Shown: piece by piece, positions 1-9,354 of the stretch
Layout: each line of letters opens with the position of its first letter
Position numbering within the stretch: position 1 is the first letter of the stretch
DNA from: Candidatus Saccharimonas aalborgensis
Lineage (GTDB): Bacteria > Patescibacteriota > Saccharimonadia > Saccharimonadales > Saccharimonadaceae
Length of the DNA: 32,000 nucleotides
Direction: 5' to 3'
NCBI RefSeq assembly: GCF_000392435.1
Contig: NC_021219.1
Span: 780,001-812,000, forward strand
Notes under the pieces: model-generated
What the model saw: only the letters and a program-made list of their open reading frames with translations
Databases searched by the model: none
Told to the model about the DNA's origin: nothing
Translations under genes and position numbers: made by a program

Positions 1-660
1 TATGAGCGAATCAAGCAAGATCGCTGGGACTGGTATGTGAGTGACCTCGGTATCAATCCTGAGAAATTGCGCTGGCATCAGCATGAAAACCTGGTGTTTT
101 ATGCGTCGGATGCCTGGGATATCGAGTACAGCTACCCGAGTCTTGGCTTCGACGAGGTGGAGGGCATTCATGATCGGACTGACTATGACCTGTCGCAGCA
201 CATGAAATATAGCGGTGTCGACCTCAATTACATCGACCCAATGACACAAGAGAAGTACATTCCGTGGGTACTCGAGACCTCTATGGGAATGGGACGCATC
301 TTTATGGCCGTGATGAGTGATGCCTATACGGTGGAAACGATGGAAAATGGTGACACGCGAACTGTATTGAAACTAAAGCCAGAGCTTGCGCCCGTGCAGT
401 ATGCGGTGTTTCCGCTGCTCAAGAATAGGCCTGAGCTTGTCGCAAAAGCCCGTGAGGTCTATGAAGAGTTGAGCAAAAAATTTGTCTGTGAATGGGACGA
501 CAATGGCAACATCGGCAAACGCTATCGTCGCCAAGACGAAATCGGTACGCCCTACTGTGTGGTGATCGATTTCCAGACGTTAGAGGATGGGACGGTAACG
601 GTGCGGGATAGAGATACGACGGAACAGAAGAGGGTGAAGCCCGAGGAGACCGCCCGGTAA
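1..660 (+). CDS. glyQS: Glycyl-tRNA synthetase (class II, dimeric type), C-terminal part; 5' end outside window
   Basis: Frame is open from base 1 (YERIKQDRWDWYVSDLGINPEKLRWHQHENLVFYASDAWDIEYSYPSLGFDEVEGIHDRTDYDLSQH...). The ELxGIxxRTDYDL-type motif, ETSMGMGRIF and the anticodon-binding domain are typical of GlyRS. Confidence 0.93.
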   Translation, partial: YERIKQDRWDWYVSDLGINPEKLRWHQHENLVFYASDAWDIEYSYPSLGFDEVEGIHDRTDYDLSQHMKYSGVDLNYIDPMTQEKYIPWVLETSMGMGRIFMAVMSDAYTVETMENGDTRTVLKLKPELAPVQYAVFPLLKNRPELVAKAREVYEELSKKFVCEWDDNGNIGKRYRRQDEIGTPYCVVIDFQTLEDGTVTVRDRDTTEQKRVKPEETAR

Positions 661-1193
661 TGATAAGTAATTACGCTTACATCGATGGGCAGAACCTCAA
701 GATGGGAACCATTGACACTAACCCATCGTGGCAGATTGACCTGAGACGATTTCGTGTGTATTTGAGGGAAAAATACAATGTCGAAAAAGCGTTTTACTAC
801 ATGGGATATGTGATAGATGGCGCAAAATACGAAAAATTGTATGAAAACATCCAAGAAGCCGGTTTTATATTGGTGTTTCGTGAGCACAATAGTTCGATGC
901 TCGGCAAAAAGAAGGGAAACGTCGATACTGATATTGTCCTAAATGTTATGAAACGTACATATCTAAAAGAGCCGTTCGATAAAATTGTGCTTGTTTCGGG
1001 TGACGGTGACTACAAAGCACTTGTAGACTTCTTGATCGAGCAAAACAAATTCGAAAAAATTCTTTTCCCGAACAAAAAATTTGCCTCGTCCCTGTACAAG
1101 CAGCTTGAACCAAAGTATTTTGACTATCTAAATTACCCGTCCGTGCAACATAAAATTGAATATCAAAAAAGAAGGTCCTCCTTAGGTAATTAG
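660..1193 (+). CDS. NYN domain (LabA/DUF88-like, PIN-fold) protein
   Basis: YIDGQNL near the N-terminus, KGNVDTDIVLNVM and VLVSGDGDYKALVDFL acidic motifs. Start overlaps the upstream stop (TAATG). Confidence 0.85.
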   Translation: MISNYAYIDGQNLKMGTIDTNPSWQIDLRRFRVYLREKYNVEKAFYYMGYVIDGAKYEKLYENIQEAGFILVFREHNSSMLGKKKGNVDTDIVLNVMKRTYLKEPFDKIVLVSGDGDYKALVDFLIEQNKFEKILFPNKKFASSLYKQLEPKYFDYLNYPSVQHKIEYQKRRSSLGN

Positions 1194-1265
1194 CCTTTCG
1201 GATCGCCTTCGTCTTGATGGATATATTGTACCAAAGTTTAATAATTTTTACAAGAGGTAACAAAG

Positions 1266-1661
1266 ATGTTTCGGTTTGACACAACCTCGCTCTCAATTAA
1301 TGCAAAACCCGAAAAAGTCTGGGAGTATGTGGCGAATATCAATAACTGGCCGCAGTTTAGTGATTTTGCAAGTAATATCGAGAAGATAAAAGATGGCGAG
1401 TGGGTATTTCACACATCACAGGGTGATGTACGAGTAATCGAGAAGTTTGATCGTGAACATCTACTACTCGATACTATATGCATTGTACCGAGCGGTGATG
1501 AACAATTTATCCCGTATCGCGTGGTGCCAAATGGCGAGGGCTGCGAACTAATCATGACAAATCAGCAAACTGCCGGCGTCAGCGATACAGAATACGCCGA
1601 GCAATTGACGTGGATGCGCGAGGAACTTGAAAACATTAAGAAAATTATGGAGGTGAGATGA
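1266..1661 (+). CDS. SRPBCC/polyketide cyclase-like START-fold protein
   Basis: N-terminal 'INAKPEKVWEYVANINNWPQF' is typical of SRPBCC proteins. Confidence 0.7.
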   Translation: MFRFDTTSLSINAKPEKVWEYVANINNWPQFSDFASNIEKIKDGEWVFHTSQGDVRVIEKFDREHLLLDTICIVPSGDEQFIPYRVVPNGEGCELIMTNQQTAGVSDTEYAEQLTWMREELENIKKIMEVR

Positions 1662-2650
1662 GATTATCGATCAATTCACTTCGTGAACAAGTTACAAAGA
1701 TACTAGAAAAGAATTTGTCCCACGAACAGGCTGAAATTGTGGCAAAGTATTTTGTGTGGGCGGAGATGTCGGGAAACAAAACACAGGGAATCGTGAAACT
1801 TATGGGGGCGTCCTCGATACAAAATATTAGACCCCAGGGTGAGATCGAGATAGTAAAAGATACAAAATTGTCGCGAATTATTGATGCAAAAGACAATCCC
1901 GCGCCATTGAATGCTCAGATAGCTACCGACCTTGCCATACAAAAAGCCAGCGAGCACGGTTTTGCAATCGTCGGGGTAAAAAATACTTTTTCGAGCAATG
2001 GTGCGCAGGCATACTATGTCGAACAAATTGCCAAGCATGATCTCATCGGCATCATGTGTAGTCGTTCTCCCGCGTCTCAGGCTGCCTTTGGTGGGATCGA
2101 TCCGGTATTTGGTACTGATCCGATCGGTTTTGGTTTTCCGAGCCTAGGGGAACCACTTGTTTTTGATGCGGCTACGTCTACTATGACGTACTACGGGCTG
2201 GTGCTTGCGAAGGCACGCGGTGAAACAATTCCGGAACACATGGCAATTGACAAAGACGGCAAGTCTACAACTGATCCAGCCGCAGCGATGGATGGCGCAT
2301 TGCTATCATTTGATAGGAGCTATAAAGGTTCTGGGTTCGCAATGGTGGTCGAGGCGCTTGCGGGACCACTCCTTGGTGGTGCGTGGGTTGATAATATGAC
2401 ATTTAAGGAGGAGTGGGGGACTATAGTGATGGCGATTGACCCTGATCTGATGGTCGGTCGAGAGCAGTTCAAAGAAAACACTTCCGATATGATTGCAAAG
2501 ATAAAATCATCCCGTACCATAGGTGATTCCTCTATTCGTTTGCCAGGAGAGAGTGCCCAGCAGCAATATGAGGCAGCAAAAAACAGTGGTGAGGTTGAGA
2601 TTGATGATGCGGTAGCGAATGAAATAGGCATATTTGGAGATAAAAGTTAG
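1658..2650 (+). CDS. Malate/L-lactate dehydrogenase family (Ldh_2) oxidoreductase
   Basis: 'FGGIDPVFGTDPIGFGFPS...PLVFDAATS' and 'YKGSGFAMVVEALAGPLLGG' motifs of the Ldh_2 family. Confidence 0.8.
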   Translation: MRLSINSLREQVTKILEKNLSHEQAEIVAKYFVWAEMSGNKTQGIVKLMGASSIQNIRPQGEIEIVKDTKLSRIIDAKDNPAPLNAQIATDLAIQKASEHGFAIVGVKNTFSSNGAQAYYVEQIAKHDLIGIMCSRSPASQAAFGGIDPVFGTDPIGFGFPSLGEPLVFDAATSTMTYYGLVLAKARGETIPEHMAIDKDGKSTTDPAAAMDGALLSFDRSYKGSGFAMVVEALAGPLLGGAWVDNMTFKEEWGTIVMAIDPDLMVGREQFKENTSDMIAKIKSSRTIGDSSIRLPGESAQQQYEAAKNSGEVEIDDAVANEIGIFGDKS

Positions 2651-2653
2651 TTT

Positions 2654-2989
2654 ATGGCATACGATCTAACTCTCGAAGTACGCATCAACGATGAGATCGC
2701 CGGGTGGGATGTCGAAGTGACAAAACGTAAGATGTTCGGGGGCCTTGGGTATTTTGTGAATGGTAACATGGCGTTTGGGGTGAAGGGTGATGAGTTGATT
2801 GTCAAGCCAGCACCAGAGGAGGCCGAGACATTACTACACGAGCCTGGCATAAAACCATTTGAATTTGGCGGACGAGTCATGAAGACGTGGTGTCTCGCGG
2901 AGCCTGAGGTTCTCGACGAAGACAATTTGCCGCGGTTACTCAAGATGTGTCGGGAGTATGTACTGACATTGCCTCATAAACATCGTTAG
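2654..2989 (+). CDS. TfoX N-terminal domain-like protein
   Basis: 'VTKRKMFGGLGYFVNGNMAFGVKGDELIVKP' is the TfoX/Sxy N-terminal signature. Confidence 0.8.
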   Translation: MAYDLTLEVRINDEIAGWDVEVTKRKMFGGLGYFVNGNMAFGVKGDELIVKPAPEEAETLLHEPGIKPFEFGGRVMKTWCLAEPEVLDEDNLPRLLKMCREYVLTLPHKHR

Positions 2990-3057
2990 TATCATAGATC
3001 TATGCGGTAGGGTGTGAGAAGTGATATGGAAAGAAAACGCAAGGAGGTATTATCCGC

Positions 3058-3091
3058 TGCCCAAAGAAGGCTCAGTGGAGCGAGTTGGGCA
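3058..3091. terminator. Stem-loop between convergent genes
   Basis: TGCCCAA(3058-3064)...TTGGGCA(3085-3091), inner GCTC(3070-3073)-AGTG-GAGC(3078-3081). No clear U tract. Confidence 0.45.
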
Positions 3092-3144
3092 TGATTTCTC
3101 AAACTACGTCGCGTTTTGGAACGGTATACAGGTCGTAGAATAAA

Positions 3145-4122
3145 TTATCGTGAGGTGAGCGACGCTATCCACTGCTCGTGGGCGAGGTTGCCGACGATAC
3201 GATTGCTGAGAGCGGTGATCGTAGGCGTGGTTGTTGCAGCATGATCTTGGTTGATTCGTCGTTCTAACAGGGGAATAGTATGCAACGATTCGACGACTTG
3301 TTTGATGCGAGCTTCGGCTTCACCGACAGAATGGCCGCTGCCGATGAGTTGCCCTGCACGGACATTTCGGCTAGTGCTCGCATGGGATGTTGCCATGAGG
3401 TCACCAATACCTGCGATGCCAGCAAACGAACGCGGGCTCGCTCCCATGGTAAGCGCGTAGTCGTATATCTCGGTAAAAAGTTGACCAGCAAATGCGCCGG
3501 CTTGATTGAGACTTCCTGTCGCGGCCAGGCAGGCATGAAATCCGAGGGTTACAGCGTTTTTTGTGATACCTGCCCATTCGATACCGGTCGGGTCATTGCT
3601 GCCAGTAGCACTCGTGTATTCACCATCCATCAGTAAAACGAGCTTGTCCGCGAGCGTATGGCTACTGGACGCAACAACGAAATGGGCACCGTGTTTTGGC
3701 ATTTCATCGGCAAGTGACGGGCCTGAGATGACGGCGCTACGAATACTACCAAAGCGGCGAGAAAGAAGTTCGTGAGGTGTCTCACCATCGGGTGCCGTGA
3801 GACCTTTACTGAGTGATACGTATCCTAGTGTCTCTTCGCTGTGATAGCTGGCGAGACGGCCGACTACCTCTGCGATATCTGCGCTAGGGAGGGCTAAGAA
3901 TACATATTCCCCGAGTGGGGCATCGCCAAGTCTCTGCGCCATGAGATAAGGAGATGATCGCGCGAGCATTTGACGGATACGTTCGAGACGTGTCTCCGAA
4001 CGAGTTACGAGCGCGGTACGAATTTCGCTACGGCTGATACTGTCAGCAATGGCGTGGCCAAACGTACCGGCACCGATAACGGTGACCTCGGCTCGCTGGC
4101 GATTTGTTCTAGGTCGTACCAT
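3145..4122 (-). CDS. gpsA: NAD(P)H-dependent glycerol-3-phosphate dehydrogenase
   Basis: N-terminal 'VTVIGAGTFGHAIADSI', 'KNAVTLGFHACLAATGSLNQAG' and 'FAGIAGIGDLMATSHASTSRNVRAG' motifs. Confidence 0.88.
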   Translation of the reverse strand: MVRPRTNRQRAEVTVIGAGTFGHAIADSISRSEIRTALVTRSETRLERIRQMLARSSPYLMAQRLGDAPLGEYVFLALPSADIAEVVGRLASYHSEETLGYVSLSKGLTAPDGETPHELLSRRFGSIRSAVISGPSLADEMPKHGAHFVVASSSHTLADKLVLLMDGEYTSATGSNDPTGIEWAGITKNAVTLGFHACLAATGSLNQAGAFAGQLFTEIYDYALTMGASPRSFAGIAGIGDLMATSHASTSRNVRAGQLIGSGHSVGEAEARIKQVVESLHTIPLLERRINQDHAATTTPTITALSNRIVGNLAHEQWIASLTSR

Positions 4123-4129
4123 GCGGATT

Positions 4130-4159
4130 ACTATACGAAACGGGGATGCTAGCGGTCAA
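4130..4159 (-). promoter_or_regulatory. Predicted sigma-70 promoter of gpsA immediately before the start codon
   Basis: Minus strand TTGACC (4154-4159), 18-nt spacer, TATAGT (4130-4135), 7 nt, ATG at 4122. Confidence 0.65.
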
Positions 4160-4236
4160 TGGGTAGTGTGTTGCGAGTAATTTGTGTCATGGCCGTTGAA
4201 AGGGTAGTATAGGAAAGATAAGAGGAGGAACATACT

Positions 4237-4620
4237 ATGAAATACGAAGGAACTAAACTACCGAACTTTGAACCTCGCGACCAGGTAACTGAACTTGAGA
4301 CTACCGATACAGAGGTCGGTACGGGCGAGGAAGTGAGGCCCGGTGCCACGATCACCGCTCACTATACGGGAGCACTTGTCAAAAATGGTATTATTTTTCA
4401 GAGCTCACATGATTTTGGCAAAGCGATCACCTTTGGACTCGATCAGGTAATCGCCGGTTGGACTGAGGGGGTGCCAGGTATGAAAGTTGGGGGAACGAGA
4501 CGGCTCGTCATACCAGCAGTGAAAGCCTATGGGGAGCGAAGTCCCGCAAAAAATATTCCGGCAAATAGCGACCTAGTATTTGATATCGAGCTCATAGCAA
4601 TTCCAAGAAACGGTCAATAA
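4237..4620 (+). CDS. FKBP-type peptidyl-prolyl cis-trans isomerase
   Basis: 'TITAHYTGALVKNGIIFQSS...ITFGLDQVIAGWTEGVPGMKVGGTRRLVIPAVKAYGERSPAKNIPANSDLVFDIELI'. SD aggagg upstream. Confidence 0.93.
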   Translation: MKYEGTKLPNFEPRDQVTELETTDTEVGTGEEVRPGATITAHYTGALVKNGIIFQSSHDFGKAITFGLDQVIAGWTEGVPGMKVGGTRRLVIPAVKAYGERSPAKNIPANSDLVFDIELIAIPRNGQ

Positions 4621-5067
4621 TTATCGAAGGATGTGGCCATACAGCGCCTCAATCGCTTCGATAGGGCGAGGTGAGGTGCTGCGAATGAGTGCTTCAAGTT
4701 CTTGAAGCGATAGAGCGTTGTTGTACAAGCGACGATACACGATGGGCCGGCCCTCGCGCTCAGCACGCTGGATACCATGTTCCATACCTGAGCTAATACC
4801 AAGGTCAGTATAAACAGCGGTGTAGTCGGCTTTCCCGCCAATGACTAGCCCCGCTTCTATGCCAATCTCGCGCTCCAAGGCACTGGTGTCATCTGTCACT
4901 AGCGTATTGATGATATGACTGGCATAGGGTGCTTCACCTCTCTCAAACATGCTGTGACGCATCGCGTTCATAAGATAGACGACGCGCACTGCGATACCGT
5001 CCCTGGTCGATGCCATGAACGGGCTCTCTATTTGAACTTGTGGTCGCATCTGTCGTTCGGTCATCAT
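4621..5067 (-). CDS. DUF7768-like / nucleoside deoxyribosyltransferase-fold-like protein
   Basis: 'MRHSMFERGEAPYASHIINTLVTDDTSALEREIGIEAGLVIG..ADYTAVYTDLGISSGMEHGIQRAEREGRPIVYRRL' pattern. Confidence 0.6.
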   Translation of the reverse strand: MMTERQMRPQVQIESPFMASTRDGIAVRVVYLMNAMRHSMFERGEAPYASHIINTLVTDDTSALEREIGIEAGLVIGGKADYTAVYTDLGISSGMEHGIQRAEREGRPIVYRRLYNNALSLQELEALIRSTSPRPIEAIEALYGHILR

Positions 5068-5085
5068 GACATCTCAAAAAAGTTT

Positions 5086-5598
5086 TTATAAATAGAACCC
5101 AGTACCATCATTACGGTGGGTGGGTGTGGTTTGTTGGTCGCGAAGGGCAGTGGAAGTTTTTGGATCAAACTGCACTCCCATCGACTCTTGTAGTGCCTCG
5201 AGAAAAGCGCGACACTCTGCTGCATGTTTTTCTGTAAGCTCAGGGTCACTCGAGATGTTTACCATCAACATGACGCGACCACCAAAGTGGCGCATTATTT
5301 TTGACATAAACTCTGAGGTCGAGCGTCGCAGTGCTTCAGGTCCTGTCTCTTGACACTGTAAGACTGCACGCTCAGGAGTAATTTCACCGCTGAACTTGAT
5401 AATTTCCTCGAGAGTAGGGATCACAAAGCTAGATTGATGGAGGGAGGTCGCATAGTCGGGATCGGAAATAGTTGTTACGCCAAACACAACATCGAGTTCT
5501 TGACTGGCAACGAGAAGTCCGCTCGGTCTTTCACGGAGTAACGAGTGTCTTGTGGAGACTTGTCCTGGGAGAGTCAGTGATTCGTGTAAATAAGGCAT
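5086..5598 (-). CDS. Hypothetical protein
   Basis: Internal ATG at 5598 is preceded on the minus strand by 'ccggaggatatcaacaaaa' (SD). The upstream part of the longer 5086..6006 ORF is antisense to the CYTH gene. Confidence 0.65.
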   Translation of the reverse strand: MPYLHESLTLPGQVSTRHSLLRERPSGLLVASQELDVVFGVTTISDPDYATSLHQSSFVIPTLEEIIKFSGEITPERAVLQCQETGPEALRRSTSEFMSKIMRHFGGRVMLMVNISSDPELTEKHAAECRAFLEALQESMGVQFDPKTSTALRDQQTTPTHRNDGTGFYL

Positions 5599-5688
5599 TT
5601 TTGTTGATATCCTCCGGCTCATTAGTAGGTGAAGTGTATAATAAAATAAACTATCGAGTTTCGTCAAGGAGCGTATAATACAAGGTAC

Positions 5689-6300
5689 ATGGATACAGAG
5701 ATAGAAGTTAAGTTCTTGAGAACAGATCATGCTGTCGTACGTCGCGCACTCACTGCTGTGGGCGCCGTTTGCGAGCAGCCAATGCGTTTGATGCGACGGG
5801 CGGTGTTTGCTACGACGCCGGAAATGCATAGTGAATCGGGCTATATCCGCGTTCGCGATGAGGGCGAGCGAGTAACGCTCACTTACAAGCAGTTCGATAA
5901 AGAGTTGACGCTTCATGGTGCACAAGAAATCGAAACAACAGTTGCTGATTATGATAAAACAGTAGCTATTCTCAAAGCGGCCGGCATCCGCTGTTTTTCG
6001 ACACAAGAGTCAAAGCGCGAAACCTGGAAATATAGAGGGACAGAAGTGGTACTCGATGAGTGGCCATGGCTCGAACCATATATCGAGATAGAGGGTGAGA
6101 GCGAGTTGGCACTCCGTGAGGTGGCAAGCGAGCTCGGGTTTGACTGGGAAAAGGATGCGGTATTTGGCGATGTCATGGCAGCGTATCGGGCGCAGTACCC
6201 CCATCTTTCAATGAATGATACGGTCGGGTCCCTGCCGATGGTGCGGTTTGGGGATGCGCTTCCAGAAATGTTTGAACAGAGAAAAGGATTAACAGAATGA
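5689..6300 (+). CDS. CYTH domain protein (class IV adenylate cyclase/thiamine triphosphatase-like)
   Basis: 'MDTEIEVKFL', 'YIRVRDEGERVTLTYKQF', 'VVLDEWPWLEPYIEIEGESE'. Confidence 0.85.
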   Translation: MDTEIEVKFLRTDHAVVRRALTAVGAVCEQPMRLMRRAVFATTPEMHSESGYIRVRDEGERVTLTYKQFDKELTLHGAQEIETTVADYDKTVAILKAAGIRCFSTQESKRETWKYRGTEVVLDEWPWLEPYIEIEGESELALREVASELGFDWEKDAVFGDVMAAYRAQYPHLSMNDTVGSLPMVRFGDALPEMFEQRKGLTE

Positions 6301-6905
6301 AGCCACGATTGATCGTCAAAAAGACACACACTTCTCACATCAATCGTTTGAGAGTGATGTTGCCAACAAAAGACAGCGATCCAGGTGAGGTGATTGTACT
6401 AGCGGAGCAAAAGCGCTTCGTCCGAGTAGAGACGACCCTGTGTTATAGCAATGAGCAGCGTGAAAAGGTGGCATTTGTCATCAGATTTCTGGCGTCCGAT
6501 AGCGGTCAGCACTCCTATGTTGTCGAGGAAACAAATGGGCGGGTGCTGGGCACGCTTGTCAAGTTGCCATCCATGCCGCTTCGTCCCCAGTCATGGCGAG
6601 TGCTTGATCAGAATGGTGCGGAATGCGCTGTCACGATCGAAAGTAGTTCGTTAGTTGGTGGTATGCGGAGACAGCTTGCCGATCGGCCAATCATCGGGCG
6701 AGCAAGTCTTGCCCTCAGTAAGCTTGCTAACTATCGCATTATTATTCTCGAACCAGTGAGTAGGAAGCAAACAGGTGTGTACGAACGCTTTGGTCCCCGT
6801 AAGTCGCTCTTTCGTCTCTCGATGAAGGATACTTCTTGGCAAGCAGTTGACTGGCGTGTCTATGCGGCGCTCTCAATTGCGCTCACTGCCCCGCAGACCT
6901 ACTAG
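6297..6905 (+). CDS. Hypothetical protein, possibly LURP-one/scramblase-like
   Basis: Intact ORF overlapping the upstream CYTH stop (ATGA). Family suggestion rests only on pattern resemblance of the C-terminus. Confidence 0.6.
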   Translation: MKPRLIVKKTHTSHINRLRVMLPTKDSDPGEVIVLAEQKRFVRVETTLCYSNEQREKVAFVIRFLASDSGQHSYVVEETNGRVLGTLVKLPSMPLRPQSWRVLDQNGAECAVTIESSSLVGGMRRQLADRPIIGRASLALSKLANYRIIILEPVSRKQTGVYERFGPRKSLFRLSMKDTSWQAVDWRVYAALSIALTAPQTY

Positions 6906-6922
6906 CTTCGTTATAGAGAAAG

Positions 6923-7486
6923 GTGACCAAACCAATGCGAGAAATTGAGATAAAAGTGCTGCTGAAAGATAAGGATCTAGCTATTGCTGCACTAAAAAAA
7001 GCAGATATTGCTCTTGGTGAACCAAAAAAGCAACACGATGTCGTGTACTGTTTGCCCGGGGACAGAGAGAGGGCGGGAGAGTCAGGGGTCAACTGGCTCA
7101 GAATACGTACACAGAATGATAGCGAGGTGTTTTTTACGCTGAAGCAATCTGTTTCGGGAAGTCTCGATAGTATTGAACACGAGACAACCATCGCGAGCGC
7201 CTCAGAGATGGATGCGAGTTTGCGGTTGATGGGATACGAAATCTTTAGTGATCTCACCAAATATCGTCAGACAGCGCATGTTGGTAAGATCGAACTTTGT
7301 CTTGATGAAGTACCACCTCTTGGTTCGTTCATTGAGCTTGAGAAGTTAGTTGATGGGCCAAGTGATGTAGTGGCGGTCGAACGAGAGTTGTTCGCTGTAC
7401 TTGATTCACTTGGCATCGAGTATGACGAGCGCATCACTATTGGGTACGATGAGTTGATGAATGACTATTTGGAGGCGGGGAAGTAG
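6923..7486 (+). CDS. Second CYTH domain protein
   Basis: 'MREIEIKVLLKDKD', 'NWLRIRTQNDSEVFFTLKQSV', 'IELCLDEVPPLGSFIELEKL'. Start may instead be the ATG at 6935. Confidence 0.85.
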   Translation: MTKPMREIEIKVLLKDKDLAIAALKKADIALGEPKKQHDVVYCLPGDRERAGESGVNWLRIRTQNDSEVFFTLKQSVSGSLDSIEHETTIASASEMDASLRLMGYEIFSDLTKYRQTAHVGKIELCLDEVPPLGSFIELEKLVDGPSDVVAVERELFAVLDSLGIEYDERITIGYDELMNDYLEAGK

Positions 7487-7488
7487 TC

Positions 7489-8046
7489 GTGGGAAAGCTG
7501 TTGCAATTTCCTGTTTCCCCTGAGATGCGCCAGCGGTTAGCGCCACAAACTCTCGCCGAATTCGCTGGTAATGATAACGTGGAGAGAACTCTCCAGGTAA
7601 TGTTGGGTGGCAAGGCATTTTGGCTATCAACAAAAAGTGCATATGGTTTCGCAGAACCCGGAGATGTCGCCGCTGAGTGGGTGACAAGCGTGCTGCCGGG
7701 GAAGTTCATACCCGTTCGCTTTGCGGGGATGCGTGTTTTATCAGAAGCAACGCGACAAAACTGGTATACGGGTGAGGCTGAATCAGTCACCGTTCCTCGC
7801 GAAGCCGTTGCTGTATTCGCCACCAATCAAACAGAGCCACCACCATATGAGATCGATGCGAGAATGATTGAAACCGGTGCAATCTCGCGCTACCCCGAGC
7901 TTGGTATCGATACGTCGTGGGACGGTATTCGGCTGTATGACATCGATGATCCACCACAGATTCCACCCGAAGTTACCCATTCCATACAGGGAAGAGCCAA
8001 GCTTCGACTCATTAGAGGTGGACTTGGCTCTGAAGAGGAGCAGTAG
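7489..8046 (+). CDS. Hypothetical protein
   Basis: Intact ORF starting GTG with upstream ggagg, directly after CYTH. Confidence 0.65.
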   Translation: MGKLLQFPVSPEMRQRLAPQTLAEFAGNDNVERTLQVMLGGKAFWLSTKSAYGFAEPGDVAAEWVTSVLPGKFIPVRFAGMRVLSEATRQNWYTGEAESVTVPREAVAVFATNQTEPPPYEIDARMIETGAISRYPELGIDTSWDGIRLYDIDDPPQIPPEVTHSIQGRAKLRLIRGGLGSEEEQ

Positions 8047-8090
8047 TATCGTTTTTTGTCAAAGATAGTATAATAAACGCATAAGATAAT

Positions 8091-8723
8091 ATGCGAGGTA
8101 CACAGACTATGGCACAGACAAAAGTAAGGCGCGTCAGCACTGCTAAGAGTACAAGTGCGTCCGTAAGCGCATCGGTGACAAGCGCGCCAATAGTATCAAC
8201 CGGCCCGGCATGGGCTGTTTGGATTTTGTCACGCTTTCCAGGTGTTCGTTATCATTATCAGCCCTGGGGAAAGACCAAGCGAAGTGTGATTGCTGTACTA
8301 CTCTACTTGGTGGCCTTGCCGATCATTCCTGTCGTAATCGCTATCGTGTGGTACTCTAAAGACCCAGAAGGATTTAAGAAAAGCCCGCTCATGCCAGTGC
8401 TCGTAGCGGTGATCGCCGCATGGGTAGGAGGGTTTGGCTGGGTAGCAAATCAAACACCAATCACTGACGGTACGCCGATGGCAAGCGTCAAAGCCTCGGC
8501 AGATGGTGAGTCGAGTACGGTGAACGCTGATCCTGCGGCAACTGCCGATCAGGTCTCAAAAGACAAGATAGCAAACCAAACTACCAGCAATCCAACCAAC
8601 GGGCGTAAGTTTGAAAACTGTACTGCTGCATTTGAAGCAGGAGTATTCAATATTGCACGAAACAATGCCTCATATGAGCGTCGTCTCGATCGAGATAACG
8701 ACGGCATTGCGTGTGAAAAATAG
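8091..8723 (+). CDS. Membrane-anchored protein with C-terminal Excalibur domain
   Basis: Hydrophobic segment 'SVIAVLLYLVALPIIPVVIAIVWY' and C-terminal 'FENCTAAFEAGVFNIARNNASYERRLDRDNDGIACEK'. Alternative start ATG at 8109. Confidence 0.85.
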   Translation: MRGTQTMAQTKVRRVSTAKSTSASVSASVTSAPIVSTGPAWAVWILSRFPGVRYHYQPWGKTKRSVIAVLLYLVALPIIPVVIAIVWYSKDPEGFKKSPLMPVLVAVIAAWVGGFGWVANQTPITDGTPMASVKASADGESSTVNADPAATADQVSKDKIANQTTSNPTNGRKFENCTAAFEAGVFNIARNNASYERRLDRDNDGIACEK

Positions 8724-8736
8724 GTGAGCGTTTACC

Positions 8737-9306
8737 ATGGGGTGGTTTAGCTCATTACTATTTGGAGATGCCGGAAGGGCCGCACCACCTTCTAATTCAG
8801 TATTACCAAAAAAAGTCGATCAGTGGGGCCAAACGTCTATCCATTCTTCCCAGTATGAAATTACTGAAGAACAGGCGAGCGTTGTCGAGCCGAGAATCGA
8901 CTCGGTGGAAGCTACTAGGACGACACCCTCGTATCAGCAAAAGATCGTTCCAGAGCTCGAGGTGACTCGGCTGGAGCCGCATTTGGATAGCGCGGAGACA
9001 CATCTCGAACTATGGGCGCATTTGCGCAATCACTCAGAGGCTGAAATAGAAGTAAGACAAGTTGAGTTGCTTAAGCAGCGAATTGATGAGCGACGATTTC
9101 TCAAGCCAGAAGAAGAGCATGAGGTGAAGGTATATGCGGGCGGTATTCCAAAGAACGACGCCGAACATTATGCGCTTATTCGCTATCGCGTGGTAGAAAC
9201 CGATGATTATTTCGAGGCAAAATATCTCATTAAGTACCATATCGAGTCTGACGACCATTTTGTACCGGAAGCACTCGAATTGATTCGACCAGTTCGGGAT
9301 ATATAA
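8737..9306 (+). CDS. Hypothetical protein
   Basis: Intact ORF in the same orientation and spacing as its neighbours. Confidence 0.6.
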   Translation: MGWFSSLLFGDAGRAAPPSNSVLPKKVDQWGQTSIHSSQYEITEEQASVVEPRIDSVEATRTTPSYQQKIVPELEVTRLEPHLDSAETHLELWAHLRNHSEAEIEVRQVELLKQRIDERRFLKPEEEHEVKVYAGGIPKNDAEHYALIRYRVVETDDYFEAKYLIKYHIESDDHFVPEALELIRPVRDI

Positions 9307-9354
9307 CAGTTGAAAAGGGTTGTCTGAAAATCTAATAGAGGTACAATAGGGAAC

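Noticed and set aside
3028-3096. 22-codon ORF MERKRKEVLSAAQRRLSGASWA
   Set aside because: No SD, overlaps the convergent stem-loop, no recognisable features.
3264-3775. Plus-strand ORFs opposite gpsA (e.g. 3280..3636) and other antisense ORFs across the window
   Set aside because: They run antisense to genes with clear family motifs and carry no independent motif or initiation signal.
5599-6006. N-terminal half of ORF 5086..6006 (-)
   Set aside because: Antisense to a well-supported CYTH gene. An SD plus ATG at 5598 gives a better start, and the upstream residues look non-protein-like (Cys/His/Leu-rich).
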